Below, piece by piece: positions 18,000 through 27,619 of a DNA stretch of 32,000 nucleotides. The translations under genes and the position numbers were made by a program. Under the pieces are notes generated by a model that had not been told where the DNA came from, searched no databases, and was given only the letters and a program-made list of their open reading frames with translations. Source of the stretch: Thermoproteus tenax Kra 1 (GTDB taxonomy: Archaea; Thermoproteota; Thermoprotei; Thermoproteales; Thermoproteaceae); contig NC_016070.1 in assembly GCF_000253055.1 (NCBI RefSeq), positions 690,001 through 722,000 of the forward strand, given 5' to 3'. Positions within the stretch are counted from its first letter, which is position 1, and every line of letters begins with the position of its first letter.

Positions 18000-18733
18000 A
18001 GCAATCCCCCGTGCCTTTACTTGTGGAGGGCAAGAGGGCCGACGGCAGAGCCCCTGATCAGATGCGAGAGGTAAATATAGCTGTCGGCGTAATCTCGAAC
18101 GCCGACGGATCAGCCATGGTCTCATACGGCAACACTGTGGCTGTAGCGGCCGTGTACGGCCCAAGGGAGATGCATCCGCGCCATCTAAGCCTACCCGATA
18201 AGGCCGTGATGCGCGTAAGGTACCACATGGCGCCGTTCAGCACAAAGGATGAGAGAAAGAACCCAGCGCCATCCCGCCGCGAGATAGAGATATCTAAGGT
18301 GCTCAGAGAAGCGCTCGAGCCCGCTATATTTCTTGAGCAGTTTCCGCGCTCCCGCATAGACGTATTCATTGAGATTCTGCAGGCCGACGGCTCAACAAGG
18401 GTGGCGTCGCTGACGGCAGCCTCTCTAGCTTTGGCCGACGCAGGGATCCCCATGAGGGACTTGGTCATAGGCGTTTCAGTGGGTCTCGTCAACGGCGTTG
18501 TTGTGTTGGACTTAAACGGCCTAGAGGACAACTACGGCGAGGGAGACATGCCTGTCGGATATATGCCCAACTTGAGGAGGATATCCCTTTTACAGCTCGA
18601 CGGAGCGTGGACTAGGGAGAGGTTCACAGAGGCATTGCGGCTAGCCATAAAAGGCGCCGAGTATGTGTACAGCAAGGCGCGCGAGGCGCTTAAATCGAAA
18701 TACTTCGAAATAGCTGAGGAAGTTGCCAAATAA
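17996..18733 (+). CDS. rrp41: Exosome complex exonuclease Rrp41
   Basis: [74 protein letters not shown]. Confidence 0.97.
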   Translation: MKQSPVPLLVEGKRADGRAPDQMREVNIAVGVISNADGSAMVSYGNTVAVAAVYGPREMHPRHLSLPDKAVMRVRYHMAPFSTKDERKNPAPSRREIEISKVLREALEPAIFLEQFPRSRIDVFIEILQADGSTRVASLTAASLALADAGIPMRDLVIGVSVGLVNGVVVLDLNGLEDNYGEGDMPVGYMPNLRRISLLQLDGAWTRERFTEALRLAIKGAEYVYSKAREALKSKYFEIAEEVAK

Positions 18734-19557
18734 TGGCCTCCATAAGCCCCTACGGAAAACGCTTTATCTCATATCTAAGGCGGGGACAGATTAGGAGGTT
18801 GATCTCATCTGGTAATAGGCTGGACGGTAGACCGCTTGATCAATATAGAGATATCACAATAAGAACCAACGTGACAAATACAGCCGACGGCTCCGCCGAA
18901 GTGCTCTTGGGCAGGACGAGGGTTGTGGCCGGCGTTAAGATAGGTCTCGGCAATCCATTCCCAGACGCGCCCGACGAGGGCGTCCTTGTGGTCAACGCAG
19001 AGGTCCTCCCGCACGCATCCCCCTATAGCGAGGTGGGCCCCCCAGACGAGACGGCGATAGAGCTAGCGAGGGTGGTCGATAGAGGCTTGCGCCACAGCGG
19101 TTTCATAGACTTCAAGAGATTGGCCATAGATCAGTCTAAGGTCTATGTGGTTTGGCTAGACCTGTACGTCCTCAACGATGACGGCAACCTTGTGGACGCC
19201 TCCAACTTGGCGGCTGTTGCAGCGCTTAGGAGCACCATGTTGCCCACCGTCGTCAAGGACGAGGCGGGAGCCTACAAGTTGGACAAGAACAACAGAACTG
19301 CTATGCCCTCAGATTTATCCAAGGCGCCCATCTCCGTATCTCTCGGCAAAATAGACACGCGTATAATCGTGGATCCAATACTAGAGGAGGAGCTCTCGTT
19401 GGACAGCCGCATCACTATAACTATATCCCAAGACAATATAGTCTCAATACAAAAAACAATAGGATATTTCAGCGAACAAGAATTGGAACAAGCTATAGAA
19501 TTATCATATAAATCTAAAGAATTTTTGAAACAAATATTATTAAAATATTTAGTATAG
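18733..19557 (+). CDS. rrp42: Exosome complex component Rrp42
   Basis: NRLDGRPLDQYRDITIRTNVTNTADGSAEVLLGRTRVVAGVK; KVYVVWLDLYVLNDDGNLVDAS. Confidence 0.96.
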   Translation: MASISPYGKRFISYLRRGQIRRLISSGNRLDGRPLDQYRDITIRTNVTNTADGSAEVLLGRTRVVAGVKIGLGNPFPDAPDEGVLVVNAEVLPHASPYSEVGPPDETAIELARVVDRGLRHSGFIDFKRLAIDQSKVYVVWLDLYVLNDDGNLVDASNLAAVAALRSTMLPTVVKDEAGAYKLDKNNRTAMPSDLSKAPISVSLGKIDTRIIVDPILEEELSLDSRITITISQDNIVSIQKTIGYFSEQELEQAIELSYKSKEFLKQILLKYLV

Positions 19558-19630
19558 TAAATTGAGGCGGCGCCGCGAAGAGAGCATGAGGACGTAGAAA
19601 ACGTTTAAATAAACTCTCCATTGAAGGCCC

Positions 19631-19948
19631 ATGCCTTACAGCCACACTAAAGTAGTAGGGCCGGCCGGAAGATACGGCACACGTTATGGCATGGGCTTGA
19701 GGAGGAAAGTTATAACGATAGAGACGAAGCAGAGAGGGATCCACCGCTGTCCCAACTGCAGATCGCTCGTCAGATTGAAGAGGCTTGCGTTCGGCATATG
19801 GCAATGCCCGAAGTGCGGCTTCACCTTCGCAGGAGGCGCTTGGACTCCACAGACTATTCTAGGGCGGACTCTAACGCCGGAGGAGCTAAAACAAGTCGAG
19901 GCCCAGAAGGCTAAGTGGAGGGGAGTATCTCAAACTCCGAGTGAATAG
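19631..19948 (+). CDS. rpl37ae: Ribosomal protein L37Ae (eL43)
   Basis: GRYGTRYGMGLRRKV; zinc ligands CPNC..CPKC; GGAWTP. Confidence 0.95.
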   Translation: MPYSHTKVVGPAGRYGTRYGMGLRRKVITIETKQRGIHRCPNCRSLVRLKRLAFGIWQCPKCGFTFAGGAWTPQTILGRTLTPEELKQVEAQKAKWRGVSQTPSE

Positions 19949-20504
19949 GGTATTGGCCACCTCGTCTCGATACTACTCCAAGAGGGTATCCCAAGTGCTC
20001 AACGAGCTCTCCACGGCACTCCCCGGCGTTGAAAAGGTAGTTAGAGGAAAACAATCCTACAAGGACTTACTGGAGGAGGCAATCCTCAGAGGCGCCCGCT
20101 ACATCCTCTTGGTGTTCTCGAGGCACGGCAACCCATCAGCTCTGCGGGTTATAGACGTGGAAAGGAGGGCTTGGTTTCCTTACGAGTTGGCGATCTCGGG
20201 CGTTAAGACTAGGGAGGATATGCCGGCCTTCGTGCTCAGAAAGCCGAGGGCCGCGAGCGCTGCGATAGTAGATTATACAGCCAGCGAGTTGCCCGATATT
20301 TTGATGACTATATTCGGATATCCGCTCTTGTTCTCTGCAGAATTGGATAAGATAAAAGGACGATATGACACCATAGTGTTAGTGAGAGGCTCGCCCGGAA
20401 GGTACATAATTGAGCTGATAGACGGATCGGATCTCGGCCCCCGCGGCTTGATCCTTAAAATCAAGGCGATCAAGTTGATCAGAAATGCTCAAAATATCGT
20501 TTGA
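19941..20504 (+). CDS. Brix domain protein (archaeal Imp4-like)
   Basis: VLATSSRYYSKRVSQVLNEL, overall Brix-like layout, superoperon context. Confidence 0.8.
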   Translation: MNRVLATSSRYYSKRVSQVLNELSTALPGVEKVVRGKQSYKDLLEEAILRGARYILLVFSRHGNPSALRVIDVERRAWFPYELAISGVKTREDMPAFVLRKPRAASAAIVDYTASELPDILMTIFGYPLLFSAELDKIKGRYDTIVLVRGSPGRYIIELIDGSDLGPRGLILKIKAIKLIRNAQNIV

Positions 20505-20709
20505 AATAGAAAGGCGTGAGGTAGCAGAGGCCGTGTTCAAAACGCTGGAGAGAGAGGTGGTCTTCCCGCGCGGGAGGATAAAGGTCTTGGCCGACGGCGA
20601 TAGGCTCAAGATCGTCGCCTTTGCGTCTGATATCTCAAGCGCAAGGAGTTTATCCAACACAATATTACGGGCGTTGTACATAATCAGAGGAGTCGAGGAG
20701 CTCCCGTAG
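20485..20709 (+). CDS. KEOPS complex subunit Pcc1-like
   Basis: SARSLSNTILRALYIIRGVEEL, small size, superoperon context. Confidence 0.75.
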   Translation: MLKISFEIERREVAEAVFKTLEREVVFPRGRIKVLADGDRLKIVAFASDISSARSLSNTILRALYIIRGVEELP

Positions 20710-20777
20710 CGAGCCTAACGCGACCTCATAGCGACAGAGGGCGTAAGTATATTTATACTTCTACTTCCAACCGTCCT

Positions 20778-21173
20778 ATGGCTCAACTTCCACCGTCTTT
20801 GCAAGACCTAGTTAACAGATTCCAACAAGCACAAAATCAGCTTCAGAGCGTGTTGTTACGCAAACAGCAGTACGAGGCGGAGCTCCGCGATGTGGAGAAG
20901 GCTCTAGGCGAGATCGAGAAGTTGCCGCAAGATGCAAAGATCTATAAATCTGTGGGAAGCTTCCTTCTCCAGACCAACAAAGACGCAGCAGTACAAGAGC
21001 TTAAGGAGAGGAAAGAGCTTCTGGAGCTCCATATAAAAACTCTATCGAGACAAGAGTCGATGTTGAGGGAACAGTTGGATAAGTTGAGGGACGATATCAA
21101 CAAGGAGTTGGCCAAGGCTAAGGGCGCTGGCGGAGCTCAACAAACTGGCGGAGTAGCCAAGGGAGGAGGCTAG
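20778..21173 (+). CDS. pfdB: Prefoldin beta subunit
   Basis: LQDLVNRFQQAQNQLQSVLLRKQQYEAELRDVEKALGEIEKLP...IYKSVGSFLLQ. Confidence 0.93.
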   Translation: MAQLPPSLQDLVNRFQQAQNQLQSVLLRKQQYEAELRDVEKALGEIEKLPQDAKIYKSVGSFLLQTNKDAAVQELKERKELLELHIKTLSRQESMLREQLDKLRDDINKELAKAKGAGGAQQTGGVAKGGG

Positions 21174-21190
21174 GCTCTCCTGACCTGCGT

Positions 21191-21565
21191 GTGGGCGGGG
21201 ACGGAGAAAGGTATCAAGATATACAACAAGGAAATTTAGATAATAATCTAAAAATTGCAGAAATAATATCACAAGTAGTATATAATTATATAGCGAAAAA
21301 ACTTGGAGAATATTTATATGAGGTTGATATCGACGTGAGCTTTACTGGCGATAGCGTCAGCGTAGAGGTTGAGGCAGAGGGTAGCCCGATCATAGATCAG
21401 AGCCTGTTGGACGCCACTATAGATGAGGCCACAAAGTTGGGGATAATAGTAGCGGATATGGCTAAGGAAGGGTTAATAAAACCCGACGAGGATAAGGTGA
21501 GTGTACTTAGAAAAGCTCTTAGGCGCCTTAGGGAACTATCGAAAAATAGCGTTGGTGACGCATAG
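21191..21565 (+). CDS. DUF3194-like small protein
   Basis: Position after prefoldin beta and sequence IAEIISQVVYNYIAKKL..EVDIDVSF. Confidence 0.65.
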   Translation: MGGDGERYQDIQQGNLDNNLKIAEIISQVVYNYIAKKLGEYLYEVDIDVSFTGDSVSVEVEAEGSPIIDQSLLDATIDEATKLGIIVADMAKEGLIKPDEDKVSVLRKALRRLRELSKNSVGDA

Positions 21566-22397
21566 ACATGCTGATGCAGACGCCGTGGGCTGCGCAAGCG
21601 TTATCAAGGAGGTACTTGAGAGCAGAGGCTATAGCGCATTGATAGTCTGTCCAGAGGGCGTATCCAAGGAGGCCAGGCCCCTTATTCAATGCCAACGGGC
21701 ACTGCCTGACGATATCGATGCGGTAGTCCTCGTCGACGTGGCCTCGTTGGCTCAAGTGCCTGAGATCAAGAAACCCCTAGTGATCCTGGATCACCATAAG
21801 GTGGGAGACCAGTTGCCTGGTCTAAGGCTAGAGAGACCTAGTTGTAGCGAGCTCGCGTTAGAGATAGCGCTCGAGGCAGGCGTCAAGCCCTCTAGAGACG
21901 CGTTGATAGCAGCGGCCTTGGGGATATATGAAGACACGGGCGGCCTGCTCAGAGCCGACGAGAGGACCTTTGAACTGCTCAAATACGCCGTATCGGAGGT
22001 AGGCCCCTTGGAGAGGTATCTCAGACGGGAGGAGGACGCCTCGCTCAAGATGGCGAAGCTGAAGGGGCTTCTGAGAACCTCGGCGTATAGAACGAGCAGA
22101 GGTATCCTGTGTATAACGAACGTGGGCGCACATGAGGGCGCTGTGGCGGAGCTCCTAATTTCGGCAGGTTGTGACATAGCTATAGTTATATCGAAGCGTA
22201 AGGATGAGGTCCGTATTTTCCTTAGGTCTGGTTCTATCGATGTCGCAGACCTTGCCGCTAAGATAGCGTCAAGACTGGGAGGCAGGGGCGGCGGCCATAT
22301 GGGCGCCTCGGCGATAGTGCTGAGGGAGGGAGATCCGCAGGAGATCGCCAGGCATATTCTGACCTATATAGACCCTAAAGCGAGTGCGCTCAGCTGA
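21501..22397 (+). CDS. DHH/RecJ-like phosphoesterase
   Basis: ALVTHRHADADAVGCASVI, VVLVDVASL, VILDHHKVGD, GGRGGGHMGASA. Confidence 0.9.
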   Translation: MYLEKLLGALGNYRKIALVTHRHADADAVGCASVIKEVLESRGYSALIVCPEGVSKEARPLIQCQRALPDDIDAVVLVDVASLAQVPEIKKPLVILDHHKVGDQLPGLRLERPSCSELALEIALEAGVKPSRDALIAAALGIYEDTGGLLRADERTFELLKYAVSEVGPLERYLRREEDASLKMAKLKGLLRTSAYRTSRGILCITNVGAHEGAVAELLISAGCDIAIVISKRKDEVRIFLRSGSIDVADLAAKIASRLGGRGGGHMGASAIVLREGDPQEIARHILTYIDPKASALS

Positions 22398-22935
22398 GTA
22401 TTTCTACGCGCCGGATCCTCAGGCCGCACAGAGGACAACCCATTACGATGTGGTTGACTCTGCCCCGATATTTAGTCGAGAAGAGGCTCTCGCTTGCGTA
22501 AACCCTAAGAGGCCCTCTGGCACAATTCGGGCATACGTCCTCACCGTCGCGCCCAAGCCCCATCTTAAACGGCTTGTAGACCATGGCGTGGCCCACGGCC
22601 TCCTCGAGACCCTCGTCTAAGTCTGCAGAGCTCACTCCGATGAGCTTAACGCCGAGGTCTCTGCCGTACCATCTATGTATTCTATCTATGACGCTCTGCA
22701 GCTCGTCTATTATTAGATAGGGTCTGTATGCAACGACGATAAGCACGTCCGAGGAATCCAGCTTTATCTGGTGGGCAAGCTCCAACGGGTCCACGTCAAA
22801 TATATAATCTCTCTCGGGGCACCAAAATGAGATATAGAGGTTGCCCAAAGCGACGTAGAGCAGCGAGGGTTTTGTCTCAATTACCTTAAACCCTCTCTCA
22901 ACTACGTACTCTCCCACTTTCTCACACTCTCTCAC
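22390..22935 (-). CDS. Hypothetical protein with C-terminal zinc ribbon
   Basis: CPNC...CPLC at the C-terminus; GTG start with TATA-like ttattaaaa (read on the minus strand) about 23 nt upstream. Confidence 0.75.
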   Translation of the reverse strand: MRECEKVGEYVVERGFKVIETKPSLLYVALGNLYISFWCPERDYIFDVDPLELAHQIKLDSSDVLIVVAYRPYLIIDELQSVIDRIHRWYGRDLGVKLIGVSSADLDEGLEEAVGHAMVYKPFKMGLGRDGEDVCPNCARGPLRVYASESLFSTKYRGRVNHIVMGCPLCGLRIRRVEILS

Positions 22936-22964
22936 AACCTTTATTTAGCGGGCTTATTAAAACC

Positions 22965-23126
22965 GTGCGCTGTCCTATGTACAGGCCCACGGCCGATGGA
23001 CTGAGGTGTATTCTGATGCCGCCGGAAGAGTGGCGTATTAGCAGGGCCCAATATGAGAAGTACTGCAACAACGGAGGGTCCGGCTGTCCTATCTATGCCC
23101 GCTATCTGTCGTCGAGAGGAGGCTAG
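22965..23126 (+). CDS. Unlisted 53-aa four-cysteine microprotein, possible metal or Fe-S binding
   Basis: MRCPMYRPTADGLRCILMPPEEWRISRAQYEKYCNNGGSGCPIYARYLSSRGG; GTG start with ctttattta about 22 nt upstream; below the ORF-track size cutoff. Confidence 0.75.
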   Translation: MRCPMYRPTADGLRCILMPPEEWRISRAQYEKYCNNGGSGCPIYARYLSSRGG

Positions 23127-24481
23127 GCCTTAAGACCTCTGCGCCTTCTCCTCGACATATCGACCTCCCGAGTTCTAGCGCTGATTACTTCATATATTTT
23201 GGCCGTATATGGCTTTAACCTCAGCGCCCTGCCTATTCGCTGAATGTACTGCCGGCTCGACGAAGTTCCGCCCAAAATGATGACTACGTCTACGTCGGGC
23301 ACGTCTATGCCCTCATCGAGAACCTTGCCAGTGACTACAGCCTTTATCTCGCCTCTTCTAAACATATCGATTATGATATCGCGCTCCTGCTGTGGGATGT
23401 CGTAGGTGACCTCGGGGATTAAGTAGCGCTGTGAGATCGCCCTAGCTAACGCCGTATATTCGGTGAATATGAGGACTTTGCTATTGGGGTGGGCCTTGAG
23501 CAGATCAGCTACTACGTCGACTTTGCTTCTGCTTTCAAACAAGATCCTCCTCATCTCGTGCCAAGCCTCTAGAGCTTGTCTGGCGCCTCTATCGCGCCCC
23601 GCCAATATAACCAACTTGTGGAAATCCGTCGGAGATCTGAACCTCAAGCCCTTGGCCTTGAGATACCCTTTATAGATCTTCTCAAGCTCCCTGTATTTGG
23701 CCTCCTCCTCATCCGTCAAGCCCACCTTTATTATCTCTACATCGTAATCCGCCAAGTATTTGCCTGAGGCCTCCGATAGAGACATTCTGTATACTACAGG
23801 CCCTACTAGCTCGGGTAAAAGCAGATGTAGCTCATCGGATCTCTCAGGCGTCGCCGTCAGCCCGAGCCTGTACGGAGCAGGCGAGAGCTCCGCTATCTGC
23901 CTGTAAGCCTCGGAGGGCAGATGGTGAACTTCGTCGAAGATAAGCAAGGGGAATTTATTTCCTAAGCTCTCGATGGAGAGATACGCTGAATCGTACGTAG
24001 TGACGGTAATACAACGCTCCCTCTTCTCCTCGCCGTACCATACGCCGACTCTGCCCGGGAAAAACTCGCCCAATCTTCTCTCCCACTGTTTGAGGAGGTC
24101 TATGGTGGGCACCACCACCAATGTGGAAACGCTGAGTTCAGCGATAGCCCCGATGGCGACGTAGGTCTTTCCGGCGCCTGTCGGCATGGTTATCACGCCC
24201 CTTTTGTGTCTCAGCCAGCTCTTCAAAGCCTCTTCTTGGTATGGCCTCAGAGAGGGCCTCTTGGCAGACTCTACTGACGTACAAAGGGGCGCCATAACTA
24301 GATCCTCATAGCGAGCTCCCAGAGAGTCCAAGATTGTCTTGATCCTATAATAGTACATAGCGAGCGATCTGTATTTTCCAACTCTCTTGTCATATTTAAC
24401 GAAGGAGAGCTCTCTGATCTGTGGCGGCACATCGCCCGACAGAATGAGAGTACCCCTATCCCACATCATTGTGACTGTCAC
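23123..24481 (-). CDS. XPB/Rad25-like SF2 helicase
   Basis: TMPTGAGKTYVAIGAI, IFDEVHHLP, LGLTATPERSD, VTGKVLDEGIDVPD, QRIGRALR. Leaderless GTG start at 24481 preferred over the listed 24592, which overlaps coaD. Confidence 0.92.
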   Translation of the reverse strand: MTVTMMWDRGTLILSGDVPPQIRELSFVKYDKRVGKYRSLAMYYYRIKTILDSLGARYEDLVMAPLCTSVESAKRPSLRPYQEEALKSWLRHKRGVITMPTGAGKTYVAIGAIAELSVSTLVVVPTIDLLKQWERRLGEFFPGRVGVWYGEEKRERCITVTTYDSAYLSIESLGNKFPLLIFDEVHHLPSEAYRQIAELSPAPYRLGLTATPERSDELHLLLPELVGPVVYRMSLSEASGKYLADYDVEIIKVGLTDEEEAKYRELEKIYKGYLKAKGLRFRSPTDFHKLVILAGRDRGARQALEAWHEMRRILFESRSKVDVVADLLKAHPNSKVLIFTEYTALARAISQRYLIPEVTYDIPQQERDIIIDMFRRGEIKAVVTGKVLDEGIDVPDVDVVIILGGTSSSRQYIQRIGRALRLKPYTAKIYEVISARTREVDMSRRRRRGLKA

Positions 24482-24502
24482 ACAGATAATCTCAGCCGAA
24501 AG

Positions 24503-24515
24503 TAAATAAATTATA
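24503..24515. promoter_or_regulatory. Shared bidirectional TATA-like element (helicase/coaD)
   Basis: taaataaattata with GTG 24481 (-) and GTG 24530 (+), about 22-27 nt away on each side. Confidence 0.6.
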
Positions 24516-24529
24516 GAGGGCATAGGCTT

Positions 24530-24982
24530 GTGAGGCTTCAGTATAGACATGTAGTTCTGGGAGGCACCTTCGACACGCTCCATTCGGGCCATGTAAAATT
24601 GTTAGCTACGGCGTCCCTAATAGGCGAGAACATACTCATAGGCTTAACAAGCGACGCCTTTGCGTCAACTTACAAACAGTATAACGTCAAGCCGTTCACT
24701 ATAAGGTTGGCCAACTTGAAGTCGTTGATGAGCCTGATAGCGCCTGAAAGGAAGATAGAAATAACGGCTATAAATGATCCCTATGGTCCGGCCATCTCAA
24801 GACCCGAGCTTGAGGCTCTCGTAGTCAGCAGAGAGACATTGGGGCGAGGCCTTGAGATAAACGACGAGAGAATACGACGCGGTCTCCGGCCTATGGATTT
24901 AGTCATGATATCTACAGTGAGGGACGGCCTGGGCAATATTCTATCATCTACATTCATAAGGCGTCTTCTGAACATCAAATGA
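24530..24982 (+). CDS. coaD: Phosphopantetheine adenylyltransferase (archaeal type)
   Basis: VVLGGTFDTLHSGHVKLL, VVSRETLGRGLEIN, ISSTVRDG..LSSTFIRR-like C-terminus. Confidence 0.9.
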   Translation: MRLQYRHVVLGGTFDTLHSGHVKLLATASLIGENILIGLTSDAFASTYKQYNVKPFTIRLANLKSLMSLIAPERKIEITAINDPYGPAISRPELEALVVSRETLGRGLEINDERIRRGLRPMDLVMISTVRDGLGNILSSTFIRRLLNIK

Positions 24983-26291
24983 GGGCTGCGTAGGCCAGCT
25001 CTCTATAATAGTCAAACGCCTTATCGCAGTTGTTGACGCACAGCGTTGGCCCTCCTAGAACATCTATACGGATGTAGTCCTTCGCATTTCTTTTTAAGAA
25101 ATCAAAAATATTAACATACACAATATCACTATGGTTATTATTTTTAAAGATAACTAAATAATTATATATAAGAGACCATGCATCGTACGGATCAGCCCTC
25201 ACCGGTATTCCGTAGTGAGAGAGGTCAACCTCGGGCCGTCTTGGCTCTGTCTTCACGATCCTCTTGGCTATGTCTACCGTTAGAGTTATCATTGCGTCAT
25301 CGACTCTATTGTCAAGCGGGCTGTGATATACAGGCCACACATCATCTAGTGCAGATATTGTGACCGACGGCATGCCCCTAAGCTCGTAGTTAAGAGAATC
25401 GAAGTCGGGCCGGGGCCATTCTACCGGGAGAAGGCCTGATACTACCTCTCGCATATATGGCATGACATACGCCTTGGGGGACCCTGTGCCTACAACGTCC
25501 AAGTTGACCAAGTGCCGTGGTCTCCACTTGCTGAAGTATATCAGCGACCCCCAAGCCCAGTAGAGCGACGGCACGTGGGGAGCCACGCCCTCCTCTGCTG
25601 TGAAGAGGCCGAGCGCTACTGGGTAGTCCTCAGCAACTAGGTCGAGGAAGGCCGTTACTGCGGCTTCTACGCCACCGCAGTTGTCCGAGGCGCCATACAG
25701 CCAGTGGTCGTAGTGTGCCGATATCATAGGGGTGTCCTCGAAGCTGTTCATGGCGATTATGTTGTAGCTATACGTCACGTTGGAGCTCGCGTTAACGACG
25801 AGTCTAGCTCTGCTCCCCGTCATTTTGGCGATAGATGTGGGGGCGCTGATAGCCGGTATCGGCGGGGGAGCGGCATCATACTTAAAGCCGAGCTCATCGG
25901 TTACGACGATCCTCCTCAACGGCTCGCCGTAGAGAACTACAGCGATAGCCCCGCGCCTCGCCGCATCTATAACAACATATTTCGCATCGTTTAGATCGGA
26001 TGGAAACGGCGCGACGGCTATGTTCCCCTCTACATCGCCATTTATATCGACTAACCTCCCCTCTAGAACGCCGCCCTTAGAGTAGGGCAGCGCTAGTGCC
26101 TCAAGCCGCATCTCGCCGACCTCTATCCATGACCCCCCATCTCTCCAATACAACACTTCGACGGGGGTCAGCTGCATCCAGATGAACGGCAGATCGAGGA
26201 TGGATGATATGTAGTCCAAAAAAGCTCTCTCCTCAGGGGATCCTGCGACAAGGTCCCTATATTCTGAGCACTTGTTGGCGAGCTCTCCCAC
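24975..26291 (-). CDS. M28-family-like metallopeptidase
   Basis: SAHYDHWLYGASDNCGGVEAAVTAFLDL and GLFTAEEG-like metal-ligand motifs. Confidence 0.82.
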   Translation of the reverse strand: MGELANKCSEYRDLVAGSPEERAFLDYISSILDLPFIWMQLTPVEVLYWRDGGSWIEVGEMRLEALALPYSKGGVLEGRLVDINGDVEGNIAVAPFPSDLNDAKYVVIDAARRGAIAVVLYGEPLRRIVVTDELGFKYDAAPPPIPAISAPTSIAKMTGSRARLVVNASSNVTYSYNIIAMNSFEDTPMISAHYDHWLYGASDNCGGVEAAVTAFLDLVAEDYPVALGLFTAEEGVAPHVPSLYWAWGSLIYFSKWRPRHLVNLDVVGTGSPKAYVMPYMREVVSGLLPVEWPRPDFDSLNYELRGMPSVTISALDDVWPVYHSPLDNRVDDAMITLTVDIAKRIVKTEPRRPEVDLSHYGIPVRADPYDAWSLIYNYLVIFKNNNHSDIVYVNIFDFLKRNAKDYIRIDVLGGPTLCVNNCDKAFDYYRELAYAALI

Positions 26292-26535
26292 AATGATAAA
26301 ATGTCATTATTATTTATTGGTTCCATAGTTTGTCAATGTAGATAATAAAAATTTTATATTATAAATGAATATTTAAAAGTACTATATAAATATTGTTATT
26401 TAATAAAATATTATTATCAAAAAAGATGAAGAATATTGGAAGAGCAACAATTTAATACTGGCGCATTTATTAGCTTAAGGCGAATGAGCCGACCGTTGAC
26501 GACTTGAACCCGGAATGAGCCGATGATGCGTTCGC

Positions 26536-27357
26536 CTACTTGAAGTGTTCGCTTATTCTCCTCCAGTCGTCTTCGCTGAGCCGCCAGCCCATCGCGCCAG
26601 CATTCTCTTGCACGTGCGCTACACTCCCGGCCTTAGGTATCGGGACGACCGGCTCTAACTTTATATACCAATTGAGGGCTATTTGTATAGGGGTTTTTCC
26701 GTATTTTCTTCCTAATTCTATTAAGAGGGTATCGCTCGCAAGGGCGCCCTTCTCTATTGGGGTATAGGCCAAGTAGAGCAGCCCCTCCCTCTGCGCATAG
26801 GGTATCACTGATGCCTCGTCAGCGCGGTATTTCAAACTGTACCTGTTCTCTATCGCGGCTATGTCGTATCTCTTGGCGCATTGCCTCGCCTCCTCTATGC
26901 CGCGTACGTCGAAGTTGCTCAGGCCCCAAAAGCGGGTGAGCCCTCTGTCTATGGCCTCTTCAAAGGCTCTGACCGTCTCGCATATAGGGACGCTGTCGCT
27001 AGGCCAATGGAGTAGAATCAAGTCGGCGTAAGTGCCCAACCTTTTGACGCTCGCCTGTATAGACCTCAAGGCCTCCTCATACTTGGCATGGTTGGGCCAT
27101 ACCTTAGTCACGATGAAGACGTCCTCCCTCTTGTGGCCCTTGATGGCCTCTCCCACGAGCTCCTCGCTGTGCCCCCCGCCGTACATCTCGGCTGTATCAA
27201 TGAGCGTCATGCCGAGCTCAATGCCCAACTTCAACGCCTCTACCCAAGCTCTGTCTTGGCTGTGGTCGGGCGTCCAGAAGCCTCCGCCCATGCCCCACGT
27301 CCCCATCCCTATCGCTGAGACGCAGCCTACAGACCTAAGACATTTCACCTCTTTCAT
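26536..27357 (-). CDS. Aldo/keto reductase
   Basis: GMTLIDTAEMYGGGHSEELVGEAIKG, VFIVTKVWP, LILLHWPSD, RFWGLSNFDV. Start near MKEVKCLRSVG (about 27357) rather than the listed 27438. Confidence 0.92.
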   Translation of the reverse strand: MKEVKCLRSVGCVSAIGMGTWGMGGGFWTPDHSQDRAWVEALKLGIELGMTLIDTAEMYGGGHSEELVGEAIKGHKREDVFIVTKVWPNHAKYEEALRSIQASVKRLGTYADLILLHWPSDSVPICETVRAFEEAIDRGLTRFWGLSNFDVRGIEEARQCAKRYDIAAIENRYSLKYRADEASVIPYAQREGLLYLAYTPIEKGALASDTLLIELGRKYGKTPIQIALNWYIKLEPVVPIPKAGSVAHVQENAGAMGWRLSEDDWRRISEHFK

Positions 27358-27619
27358 AGCACAATCTACATCTAGTATTTTATGTCTCTCCATCTTGCCT
27401 CTTCTGCAGTGCTCGGCCTCACTAAGGGCTCTGAGCACACCGGGGCGAAAGAGGAGGAATGTGTTAAGAGGGCGTTTGTTCTACGACATTTTGGCTCCCC
27501 GCCAGCCGACTCAGAGGCCCAAGCGGTGCATCATTATGAACGAGGATAATGGGCTAAGCGGATGAGTTTACACGCGGAGAAGGCCAGAGGGCTGCTCGCT
27601 ACTGCGAGGAGGATCCTTT

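Noticed and set aside
26292-26440. AT-rich intergenic stretch with many small self-complementary TA runs
   Set aside because: Low-complexity AT sequence readily gives such pairings; no long exact repeat or ordered structure.
26440-26535. Possible C/D box RNA or tRNA T-loop (gatgatg / revcomp gggttcaagtc)
   Set aside because: Box D absent and the T-stem does not pair; likely chance.
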